Below, piece by piece: positions 15,826-24,818 of a stretch of 33,583 nucleotides of DNA (the stretch's first letter is position 1; every line of letters starts with the position of its first letter). Both the position numbers and the translations under genes were made by a program. This DNA is from a virus (lineage: Duplodnaviria; Caudoviricetes), in the IMG/VR virus record IMGVR_UViG_3300021560_000044, positions 1 to 33,583 of that record; one strand, written 5' to 3'. Under the pieces are notes generated by a model. That model was not told where the DNA came from and did not search any database. It saw nothing but the letters and a program-made list of their open reading frames with translations.

Positions 15826-16776
15826 ATGATCAATCCTAATCGCAAGCGGATCGCACCCGGCACGTTCGCCGCGGTTATCCGCGAGTATCTTGCCACCGAG
15901 CTGTTTAACGGGCTCGCGCCCGCCACCAAGCGCGGCTACCGCATCTACCTCGCCCAAGCCGAGCGGCCAGACTTGCTCGGTGCCTACGATGTCAACATCA
16001 TCACCACCGCGCACGTGCAAGCGTTTCTCGAACGGTATCGCAATCGGCCCGGTGCGATGGGCCAGGCGCTGACCTCGCTCAAGGCCGTGACGAAGTGGGC
16101 GGTGCGGATGGACAAGCTGCCTTACCCGATCACGCTCGGTTGTGTCGTCGCCAAGTCGGACGGCGGTCACCTGGCCTGGCACGATGAGCAGATCGCGATC
16201 GCGATCGAGCATTGTGCGCCGCAAATGGCGCGTTTCGTCGCACTCGCGGCCGGCACCGGTCAGCGCGGCAGCGACCTGGTCAAGATGCAATGGAGTGAGC
16301 TCGTCGAGCGCAACGGTCGCCTTGGTATTCGCGTGCGGCAGCAGAAAACCTTCCGCAAGACGAAACTCGAACTGTGGGTGCCATTTGCACCCGAGCTCGC
16401 GGCGGTCATCCGGACCTGGGAACGGCCAAGCGCGCAGGCGATGCTCGACAATCCAAACCTGCGTTTCATCTTGCTGAAAAAGGACGGCAAGCCCTGGACC
16501 CGCCCGCAGGTTACGTCGTGCTGGTCGCATTTCGAGCGCCACCGGCATCCCGAGCTCGCGAGCCTCAACCTGCACGGACTGCGCGGACATCTGGTCGTGC
16601 GGTTGCGCAATGCGGGTGCGACCGATGGCCAGATCGCGAAATGCGTCGGCATGACCGTCCCTATGGTTACCCGCTATTGCCGGTCCGCCGATCAGCAGGC
16701 CGAGGCCGAGGGCGCGATCGCCTGCCTCGACGACGCGCGGGCGGCGCGGTCTCACGTGAAACGGGAGGCCGTGTGA
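15826..16776 (+). CDS. int: Tyrosine recombinase/integrase
   Basis: Catalytic R (GQRGSD), K (QQKT), HGLR, Y (VTRYC); SD GGGGAGG. Confidence 0.92.
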   Translation: MINPNRKRIAPGTFAAVIREYLATELFNGLAPATKRGYRIYLAQAERPDLLGAYDVNIITTAHVQAFLERYRNRPGAMGQALTSLKAVTKWAVRMDKLPYPITLGCVVAKSDGGHLAWHDEQIAIAIEHCAPQMARFVALAAGTGQRGSDLVKMQWSELVERNGRLGIRVRQQKTFRKTKLELWVPFAPELAAVIRTWERPSAQAMLDNPNLRFILLKKDGKPWTRPQVTSCWSHFERHRHPELASLNLHGLRGHLVVRLRNAGATDGQIAKCVGMTVPMVTRYCRSADQQAEAEGAIACLDDARAARSHVKREAV

Positions 16777-17087
16777 TGACGAGGGCGCAAGCAATCCGGC
16801 TCGCTCGCAAGCGCGTCCAATTGGTCTGGTGCGGCCCGGGGGAATGGTCGGTGTCCTGGCGGGACGAGGCGCGCGACGCAACCTGGCACAGCGAGCACAT
16901 GGACTGGATACACGCCTGCGCGTACCGTCGCGCGGCGCTGCTCGAGGAGGCGCTCGAACTCCTAGGCGTCGACGACGCCGGGTGCATGGCGAATAGCCTG
17001 GCAGAGCAGCAGGGTCGCTGGACCGATCTGCTGCCTGGCCTAGTGGTACGATATCCGGATGCCGAAAATATCCCACACGGAAGCTAA
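16776..17087 (+). CDS. Hypothetical protein (103 aa)
   Basis: TGATG coupled to int, SD GGGAGG. Confidence 0.65.
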   Translation: MTRAQAIRLARKRVQLVWCGPGEWSVSWRDEARDATWHSEHMDWIHACAYRRAALLEEALELLGVDDAGCMANSLAEQQGRWTDLLPGLVVRYPDAENIPHGS

Positions 17088-17232
17088 CTACCGCGCAGGC
17101 AACGCGGACAAACGGTGCGGGCGGTGCAGCATGTTCCGGCTCCCCGCCCGCTGCACGTTGGTGATGTCGCCGATCCTTGAGGCGGACACGTGCGATTATT
17201 TCAAGCCGGCCAAGGACGAGGACAGCCGATGA
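17059..17232 (+). CDS. HiPIP-like 4-Cys mini-protein (57 aa, absent from the ORF track)
   Basis: ANYR...RCGRCSMF...RCTLVMSPI...TCDYF. Confidence 0.65.
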   Translation: MPKISHTEANYRAGNADKRCGRCSMFRLPARCTLVMSPILEADTCDYFKPAKDEDSR

Positions 17233-17537
17233 TCTGCAACCATGAAATTTGGGAACGGGAAACCGCAGTCGCAGACGGCATGTGTCCGATATGTATGGCC
17301 GCCAAGATCGAGCGGCTGCGCGAGGAGGTTGGCAAGGCTCAGTACGAACGGCTAGAGGAATGCGAAGCGGAAATCGAACGCCTGCGCCGCGACTTGGATT
17401 ATACAACGACAGAACGCGAAACTTATAACGGATATCACCAAGCCGCATGTCTGGAGATTGAGCGGCTACGCGCCGAGCGGGACGAGACCCTGGCAACGCT
17501 TAGGCTGTGGCGCGCCATCGCCAAAGTGGAGGAATAG
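17229..17537 (+). CDS. Zn-knuckle plus coiled-coil protein
   Basis: MICNH...MCPIC and three IERLR repeats. Confidence 0.7.
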   Translation: MICNHEIWERETAVADGMCPICMAAKIERLREEVGKAQYERLEECEAEIERLRRDLDYTTTERETYNGYHQAACLEIERLRAERDETLATLRLWRAIAKVEE

Positions 17538-17732
17538 ATGACGGTGGAACTCGTATCGGTATGTGACTATCCAGGCTGTAACGGAACCGGCTTGCTGTAT
17601 TGGGGCCATAGCAAAAAGCTGCACTGTGATTGGTACGTGCCGTGTCCACAATGCAGGCCGGGTGAAGAGCAAAGGCATCCTCACCATCCAACATTGCGGT
17701 TTGATCCTGATGCCCCAGAGGAGAGCCGATGA
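17538..17732 (+). CDS. Small Zn-finger protein
   Basis: CDYPGCNGTG...PCPQC, SD GGAGG. Confidence 0.6.
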   Translation: MTVELVSVCDYPGCNGTGLLYWGHSKKLHCDWYVPCPQCRPGEEQRHPHHPTLRFDPDAPEESR

Positions 17733-17905
17733 CCTACCCACCTAACTGGCCACGGTGCCCCGTATGCGATGACTACGCGCTCGATGGGCACATCACCTGC
17801 GGTCGCGTCGAATGCAACGAGGGCGAACAGCGGCGCAAGCGCGCTGACGACTGGCGCAAAGCCCATCCACAGGGTGTTGAAAACCCGTCGAAGCCAACCC
17901 CTTGA
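17729..17905 (+). CDS. Small Zn-finger protein (58 aa)
   Basis: MTYPPNWPRCPVCDDYALDGHITCGRVEC, ATGA coupled. Confidence 0.65.
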   Translation: MTYPPNWPRCPVCDDYALDGHITCGRVECNEGEQRRKRADDWRKAHPQGVENPSKPTP

Positions 17906-17968
17906 AAATGCTCATGCTCTGTTTTTTTTCGCTTAACATGCTCCACTGAAACATCAATGGCTTAGCGA
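17895..17968. other. Putative attP/recombination site
   Basis: AT-rich intergenic core with CATGCTC repeats and a T-tract, flanked by inverted IHF-like boxes (CAACCCCTTGAAA / CATCAATGGCTTA), near the convergence of the two transcription units. Confidence 0.4.
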
Positions 17969-17994
17969 AATGCAGGTCCGCAAAACCCCGCAAA

Positions 17995-18150
17995 ATGACC
18001 CCTGACGAAGAACTGCTGGCGCGCTGTATCCCCTTCCTGTTTTTGCTGTCCCGGCAGGACGACGAGGACGTGCGCGATGCGGCGATTAACCTGATGCAGG
18101 CGATTGTCGACAGATACCCTGCGATCGGTGACCGAAAAATCACGGACTGA
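17995..18150 (+). CDS. Hypothetical protein (51 aa)
   Basis: MTPDEELLARCIPFLFLL... Confidence 0.45.
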   Translation: MTPDEELLARCIPFLFLLSRQDDEDVRDAAINLMQAIVDRYPAIGDRKITD

Positions 18151-18217
18151 CGCAGAACACCCGCCGGCGCGGGAGGGTGAAGCCAGCGGGTGCTCTGGGC
18201 GGTAGCGACGCCCGGGT

Positions 18218-18385
18218 TTAGCGGCGTTTCCGCGGTTTTGGAGCTTCGCTCGGGAAGCACCTGATTTCAACCCCGGGCTCCAGCGTCCACAGCGTTTCCG
18301 CCTTTAGGCACTCGCGTTCGGTGGCAAAGTCAGCCACGGGTATTGCGAGCCCGCTCGACAGCACAATGGTCAATATCCAGGTCAT
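18218..18385 (-). CDS. Small Cys-containing, possibly exported protein (55 aa)
   Basis: MTWILTIVLSSG...FATERECLKA...IRC, a similar pattern to 13867-14061. Confidence 0.55.
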   Translation of the reverse strand: MTWILTIVLSSGLAIPVADFATERECLKAETLWTLEPGVEIRCFPSEAPKPRKRR

Positions 18386-18448
18386 ATCGTCATGCGCGGG
18401 TTCACTTTTGTTCTCCTAGCCCGTAGGAGGCCCGCTGGTGCGTTATTT

Positions 18449-19708
18449 CTAGGCGACCGGTACCGAGAGGCGCCAGGAAACTTTTCCCTTACCGCTGACG
18501 CCCACAGCTCTGGCGATCGGCTCCGTGAGGTCAATGCCGGCGTCGTTGCTCGGTATTTGTCCGTTCTGCGCCCGGGTGCGCGTCGTGTACTGCAGCTCGG
18601 CGAGGGGGCGATCGGTCGCCAGGCAGTAGTCGGGGTCATTGGTATTCCAGGGACCCAGGTCGACAATGTCGGTCGTCACACTGCCGGCCGGCCCGAGCAC
18701 CTCCACCTTCGGCCTGGTGCCCTGCCACTTGTACGGCAGGGCGACGCCGCGGGTTGAGCCGGTGATGCGTCCCACGTCCGGGTAGGCGCTCGCCTGCTCG
18801 TCGCCGGAGCCGCCGAACACGGTTGCGGTAATGCCACCGTGCCACTCGTTTTCGGTCGGCGGAATATCACCGTCGACGCGCACATAGGCCGCCGAGCACC
18901 ATCCCCACACCGCGACGCCGGTCATGTGACTGTCGCCCCACTGGCACTTGAGCCATTTGGTAGACCCGTTCATGACCCAGCCCACGATCGTGAGCAGGTC
19001 GTTGTTGTCCGCCTTGCCGATGATGGTCGCCGAGCTCGCGGCCGCGGCGCGGATGTTAAGCTGGTCGCCGGCGGACAGACCAAACACGGTGCCCACACCT
19101 GGCGCCGGCGGCTCTGTCACTGGCGGCTCGGTCGGCGGTTCAACTGGCGGCTCGACCGGAGGCTCGACTGGGGGCTCGACCGGTGCTTCCAGCGTCTTGC
19201 CGCTGATCGCCTCGGCAATGGCCTGGCACACGGCCGGGAACTGTGCGTTGTACAGGGTCGCGTCGACCTGGCTGTCAACGAAGCAGACCTCATCTAGAAT
19301 TGCCGGCTTGCTGGTGTTGTTCAGAAAATAGAGGTCGCTTCTATATTTGGCACCCCTGTTTATGAAACCTACCGTTGCGACCCTCGCTGCCACCTTCGCC
19401 GCCATGCTTTGCTGTGTCACGTATAAGCATTCTGTCCCCATCGCTTTCGATGTTGTCTGGTAGGCGTTGAAATGAATGCTGCAGTCTAGCGACCGGGTCT
19501 GCCGATTATGCCAGTTTACGATGGTCGACAAATTTTGGTTCTGTGAGGTCGAGGTGTCGTCGTGAAACGTGACGCAAGTGTCGCCCATCTGCCGCAGATA
19601 GGCCGCGACCTGCTCGACCACCCGGCGCGCTTCGTTGACCTCATCCAAATATCCGGATGCCCCACGCACCTTCAATCCATGTCCACTCGAAATAGCAAAA
19701 GCGGTCAT
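18449..19708 (-). CDS. Modular endolysin: Amidase_3 + PPVE linker + SH3b + RlpA/DPBB-like domain
   Basis: ISSGHG, DEV, SIHFNA, ILDEVCFVD (zinc amidase); LNIRAAA...GWCSAAYV (SH3b); ATVFGG...VDLGPW...IDLT (double-psi barrel). Confidence 0.9.
   Translation of the reverse strand: MTAFAISSGHGLKVRGASGYLDEVNEARRVVEQVAAYLRQMGDTCVTFHDDTSTSQNQNLSTIVNWHNRQTRSLDCSIHFNAYQTTSKAMGTECLYVTQQSMAAKVAARVATVGFINRGAKYRSDLYFLNNTSKPAILDEVCFVDSQVDATLYNAQFPAVCQAIAEAISGKTLEAPVEPPVEPPVEPPVEPPTEPPVTEPPAPGVGTVFGLSAGDQLNIRAAAASSATIIGKADNNDLLTIVGWVMNGSTKWLKCQWGDSHMTGVAVWGWCSAAYVRVDGDIPPTENEWHGGITATVFGGSGDEQASAYPDVGRITGSTRGVALPYKWQGTRPKVEVLGPAGSVTTDIVDLGPWNTNDPDYCLATDRPLAELQYTTRTRAQNGQIPSNDAGIDLTEPIARAVGVSGKGKVSWRLSVPVA
19100..19185 (-). 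repeat. 12-bp coding tandem repeat (PPVE linker)
   Basis: PVEPPVEPPVEPPVEPPTEPP in the endolysin. Confidence 0.85.
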
Positions 19709-20037
19709 TTTGCAGGCTCCTCTGTCGGGAGTGGTTTAAGCGGCTCCATTTCGATCGGCGCCGGCTTGCTGTACTCGCCGACGATGCTCGGCTTTTCGAG
19801 CGCGCCCTCGCGGCGCGGCACGACACACTTCGACAGTATATCGCGCACCTCGCGCTCGCTTTCCAGAAAATACTTGCTCAGCTCCTGACGCTGATTGAAA
19901 AATTGCGTCTGGCTGTAAAACAGAAAGATAAGCAGCATGATGTTGGTCAGTATCATAGCCAGCGTCATCGGCGTTGACTTGAGCGCCTCAACGACGCCGC
20001 CGGCAACGTGGACTGCTTCCTCAACCGGACCGGTCAT
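19705..20037 (-). CDS. Holin-like single-TM lysis protein
   Basis: TM segment LAMILTNIMLLIFLFY plus a coiled segment, coupled to the endolysin. Confidence 0.55.
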   Translation of the reverse strand: MTGPVEEAVHVAGGVVEALKSTPMTLAMILTNIMLLIFLFYSQTQFFNQRQELSKYFLESEREVRDILSKCVVPRREGALEKPSIVGEYSKPAPIEMEPLKPLPTEEPAK

Positions 20038-22196
20038 GTCTGCTCCGTGATACGAGCAAAGCCATTGGCCGAGGCCCATATGCCTTGAATGCCACCAGCG
20101 TAACCCGCCGGCACCTCATAGCGAGCACCCGGACCTACCTGCGCAGTGTAGGTAGTGGTAGAGGCCGCGGGACCATGCTCATAATACGAAAGCAGCACGT
20201 ACAAGATTTGCGTGCTGTCGTTGAATATCGTAGCACCGAGACGATTGCCGCTTTCCAAAAGAAATACACTTGATGCCGAGCTGGCAACGCTGGTTTGGGT
20301 AGCGGTTGAGGAAGTGTTGTCTTTCACTGGTAGGGTAACTGCAGAACCATCAATCCAGTATCCATACATTGATTGCACGGGTAACGATCCAGCCACACCG
20401 TCGAGGGATATTCTGGACGCCTCCCATGGACCGGTTCCAACACTGCTCTGGTCAGTTGCTTGGGTGTTTCGCACCGTAGCAGAACTGTCATGAATGCGAA
20501 GCGAACTTAGCTTACTCTGCGGCAGGCCATACACTGAAACCCAATCAACAAAATTATTATAGTTGTTACCTCCCTGAAGAAAAATTGGCCAAAGAAGATT
20601 ATCCGCAGCCTGCATGTAGTTTGAGCCTTGGCCTGGAAGTGCCTCCGGCCCGTAGCAGATACCGCCTGCAAAGATACCATCGAAGAAGTGGAGAATTTGA
20701 CCAAAATCGTTCGCCCCCACATAGGGTATCCAAAGCATGCTATAAACATGCTGTTGCGAGAAATCGATGTTGAGGACAGGCACGGGGGCAGCAGTGACAG
20801 ACCAAAACGATGCATTCGGCGGCATATTGCCGATGCTAGTGTTTGTGTTCAGATAATAGGTTCCCATCCAAAACACTTTGTTACCTGGAATAAATCGAGT
20901 ACCAGGGTTCCATACTGTAATGCTGTCGAGAGGGGTATTGACCGATTTTTCTTCCTCCCCGCCAACCTGCGGAGAAGCCGACGTAGAGGAAGTGATGTAT
21001 GGAACATAACCGGCAGGCGCTGCTGAATTTTCAAAAATATCAATTTCACCCGCAGGCTGGAAAGGCAGTTGTCCTGTTGGAGGATAGAGGAGCGGCTGAA
21101 GTTGGGTACCCAAAGATACAGCATCGCGTATCCAAAATGACGCCGTGAATAATGGAACAGGCGTCGTGTCCCAAGACCAGCTAGCTTCCATTAGCACTGG
21201 CAATGTAAAAGTATTTCCAAGCCACGGATTGAGCCCGTTCACGAATGGTGTTTTATAGGCAATCGATAACATTTCTGAAGGATTTGTATCAAGACGAGCA
21301 CCGATCTTCAAAATCGAGCTTGCTACCGAAAGGTCAGATGCGGAAGTGGGAAATCCTCCGAATTGAGGAAAATTTCCTGAAATATACCAATTGAACCCAG
21401 CAGCATTGCTGTTAGTAAGATCGATCGTGGACAAATCATTGAAGTCGTCAAAAAATATTTGTTCTGTAAGCGCCCAGGCTCTAGGCGGAAGCATGTTGCT
21501 GCGCCAAGTTAGAATACCTTTGCTGGCATCCCCGGTGTAAGTCGTGCTTTGTGGAGCAAGGCCACTGCCATTGTCGATAAGAAAAGTAGCGGCTGGCCCT
21601 AAACTGTCGCTGGTGTTGGCACCTATAATTACATCCAGCGTGCAGAGATACCATCCTCCACCGCCGCCACTCAGCAGAGTGATAGATTGTCCAATCGCCT
21701 GCCACAAAGGCGCTACGGCCGTTCCAAACACGGCACCTGGTACCGCGATCTGACCTCCCGCAAGATCATATACAGCAACCACTCCCTTTGTAAGCGAGGG
21801 CTGATTGGGATACCAAAAATCTGATATAACCAGCGCGATACGCGTGCGTTCTGCCGCCTTGGCAATCACAGCCAACCGTTCGACATGCCATGCCACAGTG
21901 GTGATTGCGGAATTGCCACTGCCGGGCTGAGCAATCGCCTGCAAAGCATGAACGCTATTAGTCGTTGTCTCGACTATCTTCTGCGCAGTGTTGGTTCCAT
22001 CCGGCGCGGTAGCCATTGCGCCCAGCGTAACCGTAACCGCATTTGCCCCACCCGCGAAAAGCGTGTTGTAGATAGTCCATTGATTGATGTTGTCGGCCTT
22101 TAGTACGGCGTCGTGAGCATTGCCTGCCCCCACATTATGCCCAGGCTGGAGCATATTAATTCGATCGCAGATCGGAGTGCCAAAAGCAAATGTCAT
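20034..22196 (-). CDS. Tail spike/receptor-binding protein with GH16-like glycoside hydrolase domain
   Basis: IFFDDFN, EIDIFE (GH16 ExDxxE), HVYSMLW...FFDG. The C-terminal domain is duplicated in 23373-23858. Lower GC. Confidence 0.75.
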   Translation of the reverse strand: MTFAFGTPICDRINMLQPGHNVGAGNAHDAVLKADNINQWTIYNTLFAGGANAVTVTLGAMATAPDGTNTAQKIVETTTNSVHALQAIAQPGSGNSAITTVAWHVERLAVIAKAAERTRIALVISDFWYPNQPSLTKGVVAVYDLAGGQIAVPGAVFGTAVAPLWQAIGQSITLLSGGGGGWYLCTLDVIIGANTSDSLGPAATFLIDNGSGLAPQSTTYTGDASKGILTWRSNMLPPRAWALTEQIFFDDFNDLSTIDLTNSNAAGFNWYISGNFPQFGGFPTSASDLSVASSILKIGARLDTNPSEMLSIAYKTPFVNGLNPWLGNTFTLPVLMEASWSWDTTPVPLFTASFWIRDAVSLGTQLQPLLYPPTGQLPFQPAGEIDIFENSAAPAGYVPYITSSTSASPQVGGEEEKSVNTPLDSITVWNPGTRFIPGNKVFWMGTYYLNTNTSIGNMPPNASFWSVTAAPVPVLNIDFSQQHVYSMLWIPYVGANDFGQILHFFDGIFAGGICYGPEALPGQGSNYMQAADNLLWPIFLQGGNNYNNFVDWVSVYGLPQSKLSSLRIHDSSATVRNTQATDQSSVGTGPWEASRISLDGVAGSLPVQSMYGYWIDGSAVTLPVKDNTSSTATQTSVASSASSVFLLESGNRLGATIFNDSTQILYVLLSYYEHGPAASTTTYTAQVGPGARYEVPAGYAGGIQGIWASANGFARITEQT

Positions 22197-22507
22197 GGCG
22201 CCGTCACTGGCCAGTTCGGCTGCACTGTAGCCCACGGCACCAGGGCCGCAATCTCTGCTGGTGTTAATTGCCCTATTGCCGTCGGCCCCGGATGGGCGTC
22301 ATAAACGCCATACCCCATTGGATCGACATGCATAGCAAACTGACCATTGGTCAATTCTGTGATCGAATACCAGTAGATGGTGTTGACACCCTCAAGATGC
22401 ATTGCCGCACCGATCTGATGCGAACGCTGCTGTGCCGCCGCCAACGTGGAAAACAGCAAAAAACTCGCATTCTCCTTGGGGCCTTGTATTGCAGACGGTC
22501 CTGTCAT
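22193..22507 (-). CDS. Small tail-fibre-associated protein
   Basis: 104 aa, coupled between two RBP genes. Confidence 0.65.
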   Translation of the reverse strand: MTGPSAIQGPKENASFLLFSTLAAAQQRSHQIGAAMHLEGVNTIYWYSITELTNGQFAMHVDPMGYGVYDAHPGPTAIGQLTPAEIAALVPWATVQPNWPVTAP

Positions 22508-23373
22508 CAGAAGCCCCAATAGGTACGTTGGTTAGAGTTCATATTTGTGCGCTGGGTACCATTAAAGGCTATGCCCCACACTCCTGCCTCCAACCAATCA
22601 ATCGTGTTGCCGCCATTGTTCTGGTCAGCAATTCCGACGTGGCCCGCCGACCAACCAATATTGCCGCTGCTGGCCACACTGTTATCCGTGCCGTTTACAG
22701 TGATGATAGACGATGCGCCATTAAAGATAGCTTGTATCGCGTAATAACTGCCGTCAGTCGCTGCAGTCGATACGGGGCTGCCCCCCGAATACTCATAGAT
22801 GCCATTTGCGGAACTGTTAAATCCAGCCTGCGGAGTATTACCGACGTCTCCATCCAATACCGCTGTAAAACCAGTGCCAAATGACACTCGTTGCGCAGCA
22901 AACGAAATGGTAAAAGGAGCTGCCTGCGTCAAAGTGGTGGCCGACAACATTTTTTGAGTTGTGCTTGTGATCTGAATTATGGGCAATGAACCTAACCCAG
23001 CCAATGTAAACGCAAACTGCAACCCCGCAGTGGCCTGCGCTATATCAAGGCCGTTACCGGTTTGATCGTAGATTTTCGTTACAAAGAGATTAGCCGCGCT
23101 CTTAAACGTGGTAATGGACGCAACATCAAGATTGCCGTTTGACAAAATAACGAAATCTTGTGTTGTGTTATCACTATCACGGCGAAGGTTGACAGCTTTA
23201 GTTGTACCATTACTGACCGCCGCATTGTAGCCGCGCAATCCCCACCATCCCAGCGCGCTCGCGACGCGATCGCCAGGACCAACATAGGGAGGCACCACTG
23301 GTGCGGGGTTATAAAAGGACCGCGTAGACAGCGGTATCACTGGCGGGCGAAATGCGCTGGGGTAAAGCGGCAT
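22507..23373 (-). CDS. ConA/LamG-like (arabinofuranosidase-B-catalytic-like) virion protein
   Basis: WWGLR...LRRDSDNTTQD...VTKIYDQTGNG..QAT, beta-rich. Confidence 0.7.
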   Translation of the reverse strand: MPLYPSAFRPPVIPLSTRSFYNPAPVVPPYVGPGDRVASALGWWGLRGYNAAVSNGTTKAVNLRRDSDNTTQDFVILSNGNLDVASITTFKSAANLFVTKIYDQTGNGLDIAQATAGLQFAFTLAGLGSLPIIQITSTTQKMLSATTLTQAAPFTISFAAQRVSFGTGFTAVLDGDVGNTPQAGFNSSANGIYEYSGGSPVSTAATDGSYYAIQAIFNGASSIITVNGTDNSVASSGNIGWSAGHVGIADQNNGGNTIDWLEAGVWGIAFNGTQRTNMNSNQRTYWGF

Positions 23374-23858
23374 TATGTTAGCTCAGTTACGCGAGCATTG
23401 CCGTTCGCGCTGGCCCAAATGCCAGTGAGTTGCCCCGTAAAGTTGAATGGAACTTCGTAGTAAGACTGAGAACCCAGCTGCACGGTGTAGACCGAGGTAG
23501 AGGCGGGGCCGGTTCCTAGCAACAGATACAGAATTTGAGTGCTGTCGTTGTAAACCGTGGCCCCAAGACGATTGGAGTTAGCCGCCAGAATGGTCACGCT
23601 TGATGCGGAGCTGGCGACACTGGTTTGTACTCCTGCTGATGAGCGTTTGGTGATTACTGGTTGGGTAACAGCAGACCCATCGACCTTAAGCGCGTTTGCC
23701 GCAGTGACCTGGGCGCGAAGTACGCCAGCAACACCATCGATGATTACATGGCCCCAAGTAAATGGACCGACGCCAGTGCCCGATTGATCGAGCACCTGAA
23801 TTGTTTGTGTGACGTTATTTCCATCGATGATAGAAAGCGTGCCTAGTGATGCTGCCAT
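23373..23858 (-). CDS. Beta-rich virion decoration/fibre protein
   Basis: ALKVDGSAVTQPV...NRLGATVYNDSTQILY...YEVP..TGIWASANG. Confidence 0.75.
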   Translation of the reverse strand: MAASLGTLSIIDGNNVTQTIQVLDQSGTGVGPFTWGHVIIDGVAGVLRAQVTAANALKVDGSAVTQPVITKRSSAGVQTSVASSASSVTILAANSNRLGATVYNDSTQILYLLLGTGPASTSVYTVQLGSQSYYEVPFNFTGQLTGIWASANGNARVTELT

Positions 23859-24016
23859 TAGCTCGGTCCTCCCAGGTACATGCTATTCGTCTTGAACTCA
23901 AACCGCAGCTTCGGAGCACTCACGACCGGTGGTCCCGATGATGACGTCAAAACCAGATTGGGGTTTCCAAAGCCAGGAGCAAACATCAACCTGGTTGGGG
24001 GGTTCTGACTAGCCAT
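23858..24016 (-). CDS. Small virion-module protein (52 aa)
   Basis: MASQNPPTRLMF...LRFEFKTNSMYLG, coupled on both sides (TGATG/TAATG). Confidence 0.6.
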   Translation of the reverse strand: MASQNPPTRLMFAPGFGNPNLVLTSSSGPPVVSAPKLRFEFKTNSMYLGGPS

Positions 24017-24345
24017 CAGAAAAACTCAAGAATGGTAAACCCGCTACCTGGCGTGTCGGTAATTGCGTTCCAGCCGCTGACCGGAAACGTGTCGAGGTCG
24101 AACGTGGTGAGCGGCAACATCGTGATGCTTCCCGCACCGTTGACGTGTGCCGCCAGCGGGTTGCCGTTTTGATCGACCAAACAGCACAATCCGACATTGG
24201 CCGTAGCGCTTGCATTGTGAAAGATAACGCGCTCGCGCAGCGCATTGAATTTTAGCACCTGCTGGGAAGTGGCGGTCAGCGTAAAAGCATACGCAACCGG
24301 GTTCTGATTGTATTTTGGATTTTGTAGAGTGACGACGCCCGGCAT
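24016..24345 (-). CDS. Beta-sandwich virion protein
   Basis: 109 aa, SQQVL..N..R..VIFHN pattern related to the neighbouring domains. Confidence 0.7.
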   Translation of the reverse strand: MPGVVTLQNPKYNQNPVAYAFTLTATSQQVLKFNALRERVIFHNASATANVGLCCLVDQNGNPLAAHVNGAGSITMLPLTTFDLDTFPVSGWNAITDTPGSGFTILEFF

Positions 24346-24356
24346 GGTGCTGCCCC

Positions 24357-24764
24357 TCAGAATTGCGCGAAATAGACCATCGCCTGAACCGCGACGCCGG
24401 CGCTGGAGTTAATGCACAGCGCCTGGTTGAGCGTTGTCGACAGCCCCTGGTAATTACCCAGGATACCGACACCGGTTCCGGTCGTACTGGCCATGCGATA
24501 GGCCGGCGTCAGATTGACCGTGCCGGTTGCGCAATTGGTGCCGGTACCGGATTGCAGGCCTACGTTCGCCGTGGCGGCTGACCAGATGACGTAGCCGCAT
24601 ACGTAGATGCGCGCGTTGGCGATCGCTGCGACGAGCTGCGTGGCACCATTGGTCGAGGCGTCATAAACGACGGTGCTGGTGCACGATATTGGAACCTGCG
24701 CATGTGTCGGCCGCGGAACGGCGGTCAGCAGCAAGGCAGCTAGCAAGGCGAGTACAAGACGCAT
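24357..24764 (-). CDS. Signal-peptide-bearing beta-rich protein
   Basis: MRLVLALLAALLLTAVPRPTHA|Q Sec-type signal, 4 Cys. Confidence 0.75.
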   Translation of the reverse strand: MRLVLALLAALLLTAVPRPTHAQVPISCTSTVVYDASTNGATQLVAAIANARIYVCGYVIWSAATANVGLQSGTGTNCATGTVNLTPAYRMASTTGTGVGILGNYQGLSTTLNQALCINSSAGVAVQAMVYFAQF

Positions 24765-24818
24765 GGCGAGCTCCTGGGTGGGCTCGCCTCGGCGGCAGGG
24801 AGCGGTGGTGCAGCGAGA

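Noticed and set aside
15808-17496. 562-aa minus-strand ORF
   Set aside because: Antisense shadow of the integrase and downstream genes
17957-17970. 12/14 match of ATGGCTTAGCGAAA to the ungapped concatenated NN string of the GGY-NN array
   Set aside because: A match this short is expected by chance in a window this size, and it does not follow a gapped register
19100-19185. GGC-rich periodic tract as a second GGY-NN array
   Set aside because: 12-nt period fully explained by the PPVE linker of the endolysin
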